Of a stretch of DNA of 53,203 bases, positions 26,862-35,600 are shown piece by piece (the first letter of the stretch is position 1; each line of letters begins with the position of its first letter). The position numbers were made by a program, and so were the translations under genes. Below the pieces are notes generated by a model that saw nothing but the letters and a program-made list of their open reading frames with translations, was not told the DNA's origin and did not search any database. The DNA comes from a virus. Its lineage: Duplodnaviria > Caudoviricetes. The stretch is from the IMG/VR virus record IMGVR_UViG_3300040733_000015, positions 1 to 53,203 of that record. One strand, given 5' to 3'.

Positions 26862-26863
26862 TA

Positions 26864-28480
26864 TTACCCCTCCTTCACATAGACAGCCAAACCGGGAGAT
26901 ATAAACACATACCCGTCAAAGCTAATTGGCTGTTCACCGAATTTCATTGCCTTGGCCGCGCCAAGTTCATATTTAAAAGCCAGTCCATACCATGTGACCG
27001 GCTCGTTTAGGTAGTCGTTTGTGAATGTCGCCTGAAATCTGTGTCCTCTCAGCCGGCAGGCTAACTGCTTGGCTGAGTAATCACTGTACCCCCAAGCGGC
27101 CCCCCATGCTTCATCCCAGACAAGGGATTCGTCAAGCGATACCCTGCCGTAGTTAACCGTGTTGTAGCCGGTGGAAACGGACGTTACCAGGCCGCTTTCT
27201 TCGGTAGCAAACTGCTGGGCGTACAGGAACAGCTTGACCAGTTTTTTAATGTGAAAAGGTTTATCCAGGCTGTACCACTTGGTCTTAACCTGCATACTGA
27301 TTTGGCGGCTGTCGTAATCTTTATAAACTTCTTGGTTGAGCTTGACGATATAGCCATCCGTGGCGGCAAGCAGGTCCCCGTTTGACCGCATCAAGAAGTC
27401 ATTAACCCTAAGTCCCGTGTATCTCGTAAACGCTTTTAGCTCCCAATCGTAAACAAGAATCTTGTTGTTCCTCGTCAGCGTCGAATCATCACAGTAAGCC
27501 AGCAAGTACCTATTGTTTACATTGTCATAAACCCCGCAGGAAATGGTCTGGTCGGTAATTGACCTAATAACTGACGATACTTTGTTCTTGGTCAGGTCTT
27601 TTACAAGCTGATCGCCGGTCAACAAGACCATGTTATAATCAAGAATACCGGGGCTAACGCTCTGCAGACCGCCAGCGGAAAGCAGTGTAAGGCTGGCCGG
27701 CGTGAGTGCGACAGAACGCGGAGCCCTTGTCCCCTCGTTTACCGGAACCTTGCGCCAGGTCGCGTCAACGGCAGGGTCATCACCAGTCCACGCCCAAAAG
27801 CTGTTAGCGTATATCGGGACAACCGCATCGGCATCTAAAGTAAGGGCATAGACCGGACCATCCCCGGTGGTCGGGTAAACCTCGCTTGTGCTTTTAAAAT
27901 ATGTCGGGTCGTCTTTCTCGGAATAATAAAGCGCCGCCCTGTCGCTGGCGTTGCCGGTGGCAAATATCCTGTGGCTGGTAGGGTGCCAGACAAACATTCT
28001 GCACTTCTTAATTTTCGTTAGACTGCTTCCGGCGTGTGGTGTAACTTCGTTTACATCTGTACCGTCATATTCCCAGTATTTATTTGTGCCGCTCTGTTTG
28101 CCGGTGAAATAAAACTTGTCATTCCAGACGTAGCCGCCCATATCGGTGTCGTCCAGCTTTTTAAGGACGGTCTTTGCTCCTGTGGTGTCGTCAATACTGC
28201 AGAGCGAAGTCCCGATAAGCGCCAGCAGTTCAATCGTCCCATCATTCTTCTTGTACTCAAAGAGTCGTTCAACCTGGGCGTTATAACTGGAGCCGTTGAG
28301 GACAGTCGTTCCTTTCCGCTTCTTAACAGCGCCCCTGGGGTCAAGGTCGCAGTTATCGGCCTGGTCAAGTTCATCGTCTTTCAAAAGGTCCGGAGCCACG
28401 TCAGCATTCCAGCCGCCCCGAAAGTCGTTATACCCCTTGATTAGTTTTTGCGGCATCCTTTGAATAGGCCTTACAATCAT
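26864..28480 (-). CDS. Tail nozzle/stabilisation protein (P22 gp10-like)
   Basis: DFRGGWN..N.D...GAVKKRKG start, LYYSE..DP, beta-propeller-like pattern; follows adaptor. Confidence 0.75.
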   Translation of the reverse strand: MIVRPIQRMPQKLIKGYNDFRGGWNADVAPDLLKDDELDQADNCDLDPRGAVKKRKGTTVLNGSSYNAQVERLFEYKKNDGTIELLALIGTSLCSIDDTTGAKTVLKKLDDTDMGGYVWNDKFYFTGKQSGTNKYWEYDGTDVNEVTPHAGSSLTKIKKCRMFVWHPTSHRIFATGNASDRAALYYSEKDDPTYFKSTSEVYPTTGDGPVYALTLDADAVVPIYANSFWAWTGDDPAVDATWRKVPVNEGTRAPRSVALTPASLTLLSAGGLQSVSPGILDYNMVLLTGDQLVKDLTKNKVSSVIRSITDQTISCGVYDNVNNRYLLAYCDDSTLTRNNKILVYDWELKAFTRYTGLRVNDFLMRSNGDLLAATDGYIVKLNQEVYKDYDSRQISMQVKTKWYSLDKPFHIKKLVKLFLYAQQFATEESGLVTSVSTGYNTVNYGRVSLDESLVWDEAWGAAWGYSDYSAKQLACRLRGHRFQATFTNDYLNEPVTWYGLAFKYELGAAKAMKFGEQPISFDGYVFISPGLAVYVKEG

Positions 28481-28494
28481 AAGAGCAGAACCCC

Positions 28495-29010
28495 CTATCT
28501 GTAGGCCGGAGCTACCGCCCTGCGCCTTCTTTTTTGAAGTAGTTTTTTAGCATTGCTCCACTTGGCCTGATACTCCCCAAGGAAATACTGCCCGTCTGAG
28601 TCGTTGGCCTCGTCCTCATTCTCGGCCCTGTATGCAACGTAATAACAGAGCGGCTTATGAAAGAGAACATGGCAATCTGGACTACTCCCTCCGGTAGTAA
28701 CCTCAGTGGCCATATCGTAGTAAGTAACAGAGTAAGTGCCGCTGTGAAGAAACTTTATCAGCCCAAGATCGGCCTGCCAGTCGTAATATAAGGAGCCGTA
28801 AATATCAGTTACCTCTTTTACCCTAACGCAAGCCACAGGCAGGGTGTACCAAGTACCCGCTGTGCAACCGGTAAAGGTGTAGGTGGTGAAGTTTTTAATG
28901 TCGAGTACGTTTTCTTCCAGGACTTCATTGATCCAATCCCGTACTTTGGCCAGGTCTAATTCAAGCTGCACAAGGCCCTCTGCAAATTCTTTTATCTGTG
29001 TAAGTGTCAA
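28495..29010 (-). CDS. Head-tail adaptor protein
   Basis: MTLTQIK..WINE, FHKPLCYYVAYRA; synteny. Confidence 0.7.
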   Translation of the reverse strand: MTLTQIKEFAEGLVQLELDLAKVRDWINEVLEENVLDIKNFTTYTFTGCTAGTWYTLPVACVRVKEVTDIYGSLYYDWQADLGLIKFLHSGTYSVTYYDMATEVTTGGSSPDCHVLFHKPLCYYVAYRAENEDEANDSDGQYFLGEYQAKWSNAKKLLQKRRRRAVAPAYR

Positions 29011-29037
29011 AATAAAAACCCCCTTTCTGGGAGTTGA

Positions 29038-29244
29038 TTAATCAGTCAATTTTGCAAGTTTTATAAGAAGTTCCCTGTCCTCTTTCGTAAATACCGGAGG
29101 CGGTTCTACTGCCGGTATTTCCTTTTGATTCTTTGCCCGCCATTCGTCGGTAGGCTCAATCAAATGAGTAATTTTTACCCCGTTGGCAATCGTTATTTCC
29201 TCATGTGTTCCGTCTGCGTCTTTGTATCTCTTTGGTTCTTCCAC
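29038..29244 (-). CDS. Hypothetical protein (possible fibre chaperone)
   Basis: Small ORF coupled to the fibre gene. Confidence 0.45.
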   Translation of the reverse strand: MEEPKRYKDADGTHEEITIANGVKITHLIEPTDEWRAKNQKEIPAVEPPPVFTKEDRELLIKLAKLTD

Positions 29245-29245
29245 A

Positions 29246-30682
29246 TTAAAACCTCACTCCGTAAAGCCTGAATGTGCTTCCGCTTTCTATGTTGTCGCCG
29301 GAAGGAATGAATGTAATCTGGTTTATCTCTGTAGACACCTCTCGCCATAAACCGCCAAGCGTACCCGTAGCAAAGGCCGCACCTGGAGACAGGAAAAAGC
29401 CAGCAACGATCTTGGACTTGGCGCTGTCATCATTGCAAATAAGGATTTGCGAAAGCGCCCTGTATTTGTATGTTGCATTTATCTTTGGAAGTGTATACTG
29501 TCCTGACGCGCCTAAGTACAAACTGCTGTGCCCTGATGATATGCCGCCACTGGTATCATAGTAATTGCTTCCTGTATCACCGTTAAAGCGCATGTAAATA
29601 TACCTGTCGGTCGAGGAGCTGGCACAGGCGCTTATTAACACCATGAAATACTTATACCCGCTCGCTATTGAGCTAAAATCAACACTGGCAGCATCAGCAC
29701 CAAGGACACTTTCAGCAATAAATTCCCATGCGAAACCTGCCCACGCAGGATTAGCCCCGTGACCTCCTGATTTCAACGCTTGCCCTGCTGTCCCGTGAGC
29801 CAATCGAGCCCATGCAGCCCCGCTATAATACAGCACGTCACCCTGCTCCGGGCTTGCCGGTGCTGGTATTGCATTAGCCCCTACATAAGTCTTTACCGCT
29901 TTCTGTGAAGGAACTTTTGTATCACTATTTGCGGCAAGGGTGCCGTCCGTATCCAAATAAGACAAAGGAAGCTGCTGCACATCGTCAACATTGCCCAGAG
30001 ATACCTGTGTCTTGGTGACGCTATGCGGATTAGATGTGTTTGACAAGTGAGACTGGATATCAGCATCAGCCGGCTCATAGGTTCCAGTATGGTTATGCCC
30101 AGCCGCCGCAAAGTCAGCCGCCTTGCTCCCGCTGTCCTTTTGCCCTCCCGCCGTATCAGAAAACGAAACAAAATTATCAGCCACCGAAGGACTGACCAGC
30201 GCAGGGGAACCTACGTCTGCCGCTGTAACGGCGTGCGGGTTGCCTGTGGCAACTCCGCTGTGGGAGTAGGCATCATCGTAGTTAGACTTTAACGCTGTGG
30301 TAAGGGCTTCCTGGATAGCATCCAGTACAGCCTTATTGCTGTGGGCGTGAGAGGCCAGCACAGCGGCGTCATATGCCGCCTTTAATACCGTTGTCAGCGC
30401 TTCTTCTACTGCGTCCAGAGTGGTTTTGTTGGCATGAGAGTGTTTGTTGTCCTCCCACCCCTTGGCCAACAGGTTTGAGACAAGTTTATCCTTGGTTGTG
30501 TTCGTGTCGGTTTCATCAACGGCAGACGCGCCCAAAGCGGCAAGGGTTATCTCGTCGTCCCCACCAGGCTCATGCCTCTCGTGGTGGTTGTTTAGCGCCT
30601 CTAAACTGATTGCTGGCGGGGTGTCTATGCTTTTTTTGCCGGTAATCCTCAGCAACAAATTCTTTAGTGCCCAGTTGAGCAA
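29246..30682 (-). CDS. Fibre protein
   Basis: HxH motifs, NPHAVTAADVG, NPHSVTKTQVSLGNVD, GTAGQALKS, C-terminal MRFNGDTGSNY..SGSTFRLYGV. Confidence 0.75.
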   Translation of the reverse strand: MLNWALKNLLLRITGKKSIDTPPAISLEALNNHHERHEPGGDDEITLAALGASAVDETDTNTTKDKLVSNLLAKGWEDNKHSHANKTTLDAVEEALTTVLKAAYDAAVLASHAHSNKAVLDAIQEALTTALKSNYDDAYSHSGVATGNPHAVTAADVGSPALVSPSVADNFVSFSDTAGGQKDSGSKAADFAAAGHNHTGTYEPADADIQSHLSNTSNPHSVTKTQVSLGNVDDVQQLPLSYLDTDGTLAANSDTKVPSQKAVKTYVGANAIPAPASPEQGDVLYYSGAAWARLAHGTAGQALKSGGHGANPAWAGFAWEFIAESVLGADAASVDFSSIASGYKYFMVLISACASSSTDRYIYMRFNGDTGSNYYDTSGGISSGHSSLYLGASGQYTLPKINATYKYRALSQILICNDDSAKSKIVAGFFLSPGAAFATGTLGGLWREVSTEINQITFIPSGDNIESGSTFRLYGVRF

Positions 30683-30703
30683 GTTGCATCACCCCGCCTG
30701 CTT

Positions 30704-31408
30704 TTATTGATCAGCGTCGAAGTACACCCCATAGGTGATGGAATCACCGTCCGCATGGGTTATGGTTACTCTCCACTCCCTCGGCAGTATGTCTGCAACG
30801 GACACATTGGCCACGTTCTGAGCCCATGGAGCGACAACGTACATATTATCGGAAGCGCCGGTCACAGCCGCACCTTCCAGTATTGTGTAGTAAACCCCCG
30901 CGGCGTTCTTGCCTTCGATTTTCAGAACAATGGAAGGTGTGGAGGCAGAGGCAGTTACTTTTAGGTGGATTCTGAGAGATTTTCCGGTCAGGTTAAGTTG
31001 ATCAGAACTTGAAAGCGTTGCTGTCCTGGCTGCGCTGGCCAGCAGAGCACCAGAAACATTCTGCTTTTTGCTCACTTCTCTTATCATCTGGGTCAGCAAA
31101 AACGCTGTTTGGGCAGTGGCGCCATTAGCATAGCGGAATCTGTAATATCTCTTCGTTATTGGAGTCCATAGCAGGTCGGCGGGAGTGCTTGCGGCCACCG
31201 CAACGGTTCTTATAGTGGTCCATGAGCTTGCATCGTTGCTTTCTTCAAGGTAAAGCGTCCCTGCCTGGTTAGCGAAGGCAAATCCGGCAACAGCCTCAAC
31301 CGGCCTGGCGTCCTGGTACCTGTCGCGGTAGTCCTGGGTAAATGAGGTGCTTGCCGGCAGTGGAGCTTTTGTAAGCGGTATCGTCACTATCAATGCGATC
31401 CCTCCCAT
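30704..31408 (-). CDS. Virion structural protein, two beta-sandwich-like domains
   Basis: GTLYLEESND..RYYRFRYANG domain plus C-terminal domain shared with 25770..26861. Confidence 0.6.
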   Translation of the reverse strand: MGGIALIVTIPLTKAPLPASTSFTQDYRDRYQDARPVEAVAGFAFANQAGTLYLEESNDASSWTTIRTVAVAASTPADLLWTPITKRYYRFRYANGATAQTAFLLTQMIREVSKKQNVSGALLASAARTATLSSSDQLNLTGKSLRIHLKVTASASTPSIVLKIEGKNAAGVYYTILEGAAVTGASDNMYVVAPWAQNVANVSVADILPREWRVTITHADGDSITYGVYFDADQ

Positions 31409-31803
31409 CTAAAGGTCCGGAAGTAAGGATACATTTCTTCCGCAATTCCCATTAAATCGTTGTGGCGCTGTCTTTCTATGGAGGCCACGAGCTTTTGATT
31501 GTGTTCGTCCATTTCCCGGAATATGTCCATGCCCCTCACATAGAAATTACAGCGCCTTATTTCATCCTCCACCCTGGCATCAAGCCGATTGTTCGGTACC
31601 ACAAAAGCAAAGGTGTTGCCCTTGTTATTAAGGGTGTGTACCTCGTATCTCTGCTTTCGCAGGTTCCAAACAATGAAGTAAGAAGGATCTTGCTCCCTGA
31701 TCCTTCTGGTAATGTCGTAGCATCCGCCTGAAAAAACAGGCTGCAGGTATGGTTTACCCTGCAGCCTTTCGTTAACATCGCTTTGAAATGATAACCGTCC
31801 CAT
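31390..31803 (-). CDS. Conserved phage hypothetical protein
   Basis: DITRRIREQDPSYFIVWN..RYEVH..RLDAR; in head-tail operon. Confidence 0.6.
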   Translation of the reverse strand: MGRLSFQSDVNERLQGKPYLQPVFSGGCYDITRRIREQDPSYFIVWNLRKQRYEVHTLNNKGNTFAFVVPNNRLDARVEDEIRRCNFYVRGMDIFREMDEHNQKLVASIERQRHNDLMGIAEEMYPYFRTFRWEGSH

Positions 31804-31815
31804 AAAACACCCCTT

Positions 31816-33123
31816 CTAATAGCCGAAGGCGATTACTCTTACAGCTGTTAACGCGCTCAGATCGCCTGTGTTTGTAACCTCTGAAGCAGCCGCAGCAGAT
31901 ACGGCGCCGCCGGACCCGCTGGCCGCATCAACCAAAGTGCCTGGTCCGTGAGTGTGCGTAGATTCATTGGCATTGGTTCCAGCGGATGCAATGGGAGTAA
32001 GCTGCTCAGTGTCAAGAATCATCCACGGCACTGTAATAATGGTCATGGCCGTAGTATTCTTGGTCAGAATCTTGTTCAGCGCCGGATTAAGCACTGCTAT
32101 ACCGTTTGCGGCTGTACCGCTTGGACCTTCCCAGATAGCCGCTGCCCTGGCCGCTGCCCCTGTTTCGCCAATGGCATTTACACCAAAGGCCGGAATGAGT
32201 GTTTTGGCATAGTGGGCGGTTTCGGTGAAGTTGTAATTCTCGCTGGAAAGGGTAATATCCGCATCGTCGATAAAGCACCCCGTAGGGATCTGGGTATAGG
32301 GAACGTAGGTAACTTTAAGGCTGTTGGTCGCATCGTCAGCGTGGCTGTCAATGCTGGTGTCCGCTGTATCCAGGATATCAACGGTGCAGAAGTGGGTAGC
32401 GCTCGGCGCGGCTCCCGGCTGCTCAAAGTCTACCAGTACCCCGTCAGTATCATCCCAAACATACTGGATCAGACCTGCGCGGGCCGCAAGGTTGACCTTG
32501 GAAGCCGAGGCCACAACAACCTCGTCCACCGTTACAGCGGAAAGGTAGCCCGCGCTGCGTTTTGGAATGTAGGATACTTTAGCCGCAGTCACTCCATCGG
32601 TTCCAAGGAAGGTCATAGCCCCGGTAACAAAGTTAACCGCCACCTGTTTGGTAGCCGGTGTTTCCCCTACCGGAATAACGCTAAACGCGCCTGTAACACT
32701 GGTGGCAGCGGTAACATGAACAGCGGTAATGTAGAGGGGAATATGCGCCAGTGTGCCGACATTAGCGGTTACGGTAACGGGTTCCTCAACAACATAGGCA
32801 GGCTTTTGCGCTGCAGCTGTCCCGCTGAAAACGTGAGTATGTGCGGCGCCGGCAGCTGTGGAACCACCGTCAAGGGCTACCGCGTGAGTGTGAGCGTTGG
32901 CCGCTCCGGATGGGGTATAGACCTTTACCTTTCCGGTTGATTTAACGTACTCGAAAAGGTAGCCCGAGCATTGGGGGAAATATATTTCATTGATAACCGG
33001 CAGGCTCGGGATGGTTATTGCCTCGCCGTTTGTCGGGTAGGAATTGTCAAACGCTAGATCGGCTAAAGCCACAAAGCCGTTGCCAAATTTAAACTTTTTA
33101 ACAAGGGTTGCAGTAACAGCCAA
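31816..33123 (-). CDS. Capsid decoration/head-fibre protein with large insertion
   Basis: Directly after MCP; FDNSYPTNGE..KVKVY and EVTNTGDLS..VRVIAFG termini. Confidence 0.6.
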   Translation of the reverse strand: MAVTATLVKKFKFGNGFVALADLAFDNSYPTNGEAITIPSLPVINEIYFPQCSGYLFEYVKSTGKVKVYTPSGAANAHTHAVALDGGSTAAGAAHTHVFSGTAAAQKPAYVVEEPVTVTANVGTLAHIPLYITAVHVTAATSVTGAFSVIPVGETPATKQVAVNFVTGAMTFLGTDGVTAAKVSYIPKRSAGYLSAVTVDEVVVASASKVNLAARAGLIQYVWDDTDGVLVDFEQPGAAPSATHFCTVDILDTADTSIDSHADDATNSLKVTYVPYTQIPTGCFIDDADITLSSENYNFTETAHYAKTLIPAFGVNAIGETGAAARAAAIWEGPSGTAANGIAVLNPALNKILTKNTTAMTIITVPWMILDTEQLTPIASAGTNANESTHTHGPGTLVDAASGSGGAVSAAAASEVTNTGDLSALTAVRVIAFGY

Positions 33124-33154
33124 ATTATTTCACCTCTTTCTGTCAAGTTGAAGG

Positions 33155-33184
33155 AAATAAAAGAGGGGCCTTTTAAACCCCTCT
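33155..33184 (-). terminator. Terminator after major capsid gene
   Basis: agagggg/cccctct hairpin then T-run. Confidence 0.7.
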
Positions 33185-33190
33185 ATTATT

Positions 33191-34378
33191 CTAGTGACGT
33201 GTGATCCCGGTGAACTTGACCTGACCTTTGGGAAGATCGCACCCAATGTCGCAGTATTTCCGGAGCGTAGCTTCCCAGATCGGCTTTTGGCTTACACGGG
33301 TAAGCATGTTGCCGTCAGCATCGAGCCAACCCCAGTCGGCCATTTCGTACATCTTCCAGTTTTTCATGGAAAGCGCCAGAAGTTCGCCGTCAGTACAGAA
33401 CCTATCGCCGACAAGCGGGATACCGTTGAAGGTAACAGCCTTAAAGCCGCCCTTAATGTCAATGGTGTTGACGCTCATCTTCATGGCACCGAGCAGGTTC
33501 TTGTAGGCCCGGATAACTCCTTTTTCCGCCATCAGGAAGTCAATGACGTTACCCACTTCATCCTCAGCGTCATCAATGCCCTCCTGGATTTTGATCTCGC
33601 TGATCTCACCGGTTACAGCCTTGGTGGTCGGGTTGAAATACTTGTAGGTACCCCGGACAATACCGTAAAGGGTATTATCGGCGGTCATGACCTCGGCCAC
33701 GCCGGTAAGTTCACCGTCTTTGTTGCCGGCCAGGTAAATCTTGTCTCCAGCAACAGGAGCATGGGTAGCCACAAGGATAATCTGATTGTTAACCTTATCA
33801 ACCGTGGTAATTTCGGCCTCGGAGGTATCTTTGGTCGCCCCGTCACCGTCACCGTAATTATAGAGGTCAACCAGCATACCCTCGATGAACTTCTTGGCGG
33901 TTGAGAATGTCAGGGTGTGAGTGGTGCCGTCAGACGATACGACGGTAATTGTACCCAGTAGGCCGGTGCCGTCGCCCATGGCCTGGCGTCCCAGATCCCT
34001 CTTGGCGTCCTTTTCGGCCGCTTCAAGGTCGTGGGTCAGGGCAGAAATAAAGGCTCCACGGGAGCTTGCGCTGGCCTGGATAGCCTTGTCAGTGACCTGA
34101 ATCCTGGCGAAGATGTTGAGTGTCTCCCACTCGGCCTGTGCGAACTTGCGCGGGTTTACAGTGGGAAGAGTGCCGGAATCGGAGCGCATACCAATGCCGC
34201 CTGTGGTCCCATAGGACAGCGGCATTTTGATCTTGTAGCCCTCGACGTGTTCCTGAGTGTTCTCCAGCTTAGCCAGAAACGGACTTGCCGCCTCATTAAG
34301 CTGGAAACGAAGTCCGTCAAGGTACCAGTATTTAAGTGCGTTGATGATATTTGTCATGGACAGTGGAGTATCAGCCAA
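33191..34378 (-). CDS. Major capsid protein
   Basis: 395 aa after scaffold; LKYWY..QLN, GGFKAVTFNGIPLVGDRFC. Confidence 0.85.
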   Translation of the reverse strand: MADTPLSMTNIINALKYWYLDGLRFQLNEAASPFLAKLENTQEHVEGYKIKMPLSYGTTGGIGMRSDSGTLPTVNPRKFAQAEWETLNIFARIQVTDKAIQASASSRGAFISALTHDLEAAEKDAKRDLGRQAMGDGTGLLGTITVVSSDGTTHTLTFSTAKKFIEGMLVDLYNYGDGDGATKDTSEAEITTVDKVNNQIILVATHAPVAGDKIYLAGNKDGELTGVAEVMTADNTLYGIVRGTYKYFNPTTKAVTGEISEIKIQEGIDDAEDEVGNVIDFLMAEKGVIRAYKNLLGAMKMSVNTIDIKGGFKAVTFNGIPLVGDRFCTDGELLALSMKNWKMYEMADWGWLDADGNMLTRVSQKPIWEATLRKYCDIGCDLPKGQVKFTGITRH

Positions 34379-34408
34379 TTTTAACGCCTCCTTGAATAGT
34401 TGTTGTTA

Positions 34409-35494
34409 TCACCTCAGTGATCTCGCGAACATGGCCGAAGCCTCGCGCACACTTTGAGGCCTTTCTGACGGTGAAGCCGGCGGTGTCCCTCCGCCCTGGC
34501 CACCCATTACAATAGGCGGCGCACCGTTTTTAACGTCCTGGACATACATCTTCCTTGCCTCGGCCTGGATATGAGGCGCGGCAAGTATCTTTTGGACCAT
34601 AGCCGGGTCAGAAATCATCTGCTCCAGCGTTGGCGCCGGTGGTTGTGACGGAAGGCTTCCCTTCGCCATTTTGTAAATAGCCTCTGCCGCGTTGGGCAGT
34701 TTTGTTATCGCCTCGCCGTACTGCTGTACTATGGCCTGCATCTGCGGCTGCAGCTGGAAAAACTCATGGCTTTCATCGCCGCCGGTTATTTGGTTTATTT
34801 GCTCCGCGAAGTCATTGGTCTGCCTCTGAAATTCCTGCTGCCTCACGCGCTCCTGGACCATAGGGGTAATAGGCTTTAGGGCCTCCTGCAGCGTGTTCAT
34901 CATCTTGTTTTCAAACGCCTGGATGGTCTTTTGCAGCATCTTTTGATTGGCCTCGGCAGGATTGGTGAAATACTCTTCGTTAAGAGACTCTATGTCCTGG
35001 CCGGGATCTTCCCAGGGAAACTTGGGGGCTTCTGGAGCCTGTTCCGGTTGTGCAGGCGGTGCCTGCGCCGGTGGCTGTAACTGTGCCCGAAGTTGTTGTA
35101 ATTCCTGTTGCAACTGGGGTATTTGACCAAGTTGGTTGCCTTGTCTGCCAAGGACTTCTTCCATCCCGACATAGGACTTCATTAACGCCTCAGTGTTAAT
35201 TGATCCGTCCGGGTTCTTAAACTTGTCGGGAACCTGCATACCTTGTCCGGGCACTTGTGCCGGGGGTGCTTGCGCCGGTTCCTGCACTGGCGGCTGTGCC
35301 GCCGGCTGCTGTTGTTGGCCAAACAGCGTGGCAGGGTCGGCTCCGTCTAAAAGGGCCATCAGCGATTCAGGTGTTCTCTCAATCTGTCCCTGAAATTCTC
35401 CTGCTTGTGCTCCTGCTTCTGGTGCCGCAGGAGTTACATCAGGTGTCGGCGCCCCTGCTCCGGAGTTATCGACTATTTGAGCTTGACCTTCCAT
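34409..35494 (-). CDS. Scaffolding protein
   Basis: P/Q/A-rich, VPDKF..ALMKSY..ME..LG, coiled coil; between portal and MCP. Confidence 0.75.
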   Translation of the reverse strand: MEGQAQIVDNSGAGAPTPDVTPAAPEAGAQAGEFQGQIERTPESLMALLDGADPATLFGQQQQPAAQPPVQEPAQAPPAQVPGQGMQVPDKFKNPDGSINTEALMKSYVGMEEVLGRQGNQLGQIPQLQQELQQLRAQLQPPAQAPPAQPEQAPEAPKFPWEDPGQDIESLNEEYFTNPAEANQKMLQKTIQAFENKMMNTLQEALKPITPMVQERVRQQEFQRQTNDFAEQINQITGGDESHEFFQLQPQMQAIVQQYGEAITKLPNAAEAIYKMAKGSLPSQPPAPTLEQMISDPAMVQKILAAPHIQAEARKMYVQDVKNGAPPIVMGGQGGGTPPASPSERPQSVREASAMFARSLR

Positions 35495-35555
35495 AAATTA
35501 AATTACCTCCTGTTATTGGCGGCTCACGCTGGAGTTGTCGCCTGTTTTTGGGTAT

Positions 35556-35581
35556 AAAAAAGACCGGTATGTTTTCCGGTC
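35556..35581 (-). terminator. Terminator after portal gene
   Basis: gaccgg/ccggtc hairpin then T6. Confidence 0.6.
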
Positions 35582-35600
35582 CGTCAAGCCGTATTAAGTT

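Noticed and set aside
23115-30682. Diversity-generating retroelement or invertible tail-fibre cassette
   Set aside because: No reverse transcriptase, invertase or template/variable repeat pair seen in the window
31948-32940. 330-aa + strand ORF
   Set aside because: Antisense shadow of an Ala/Thr/Val-rich structural gene
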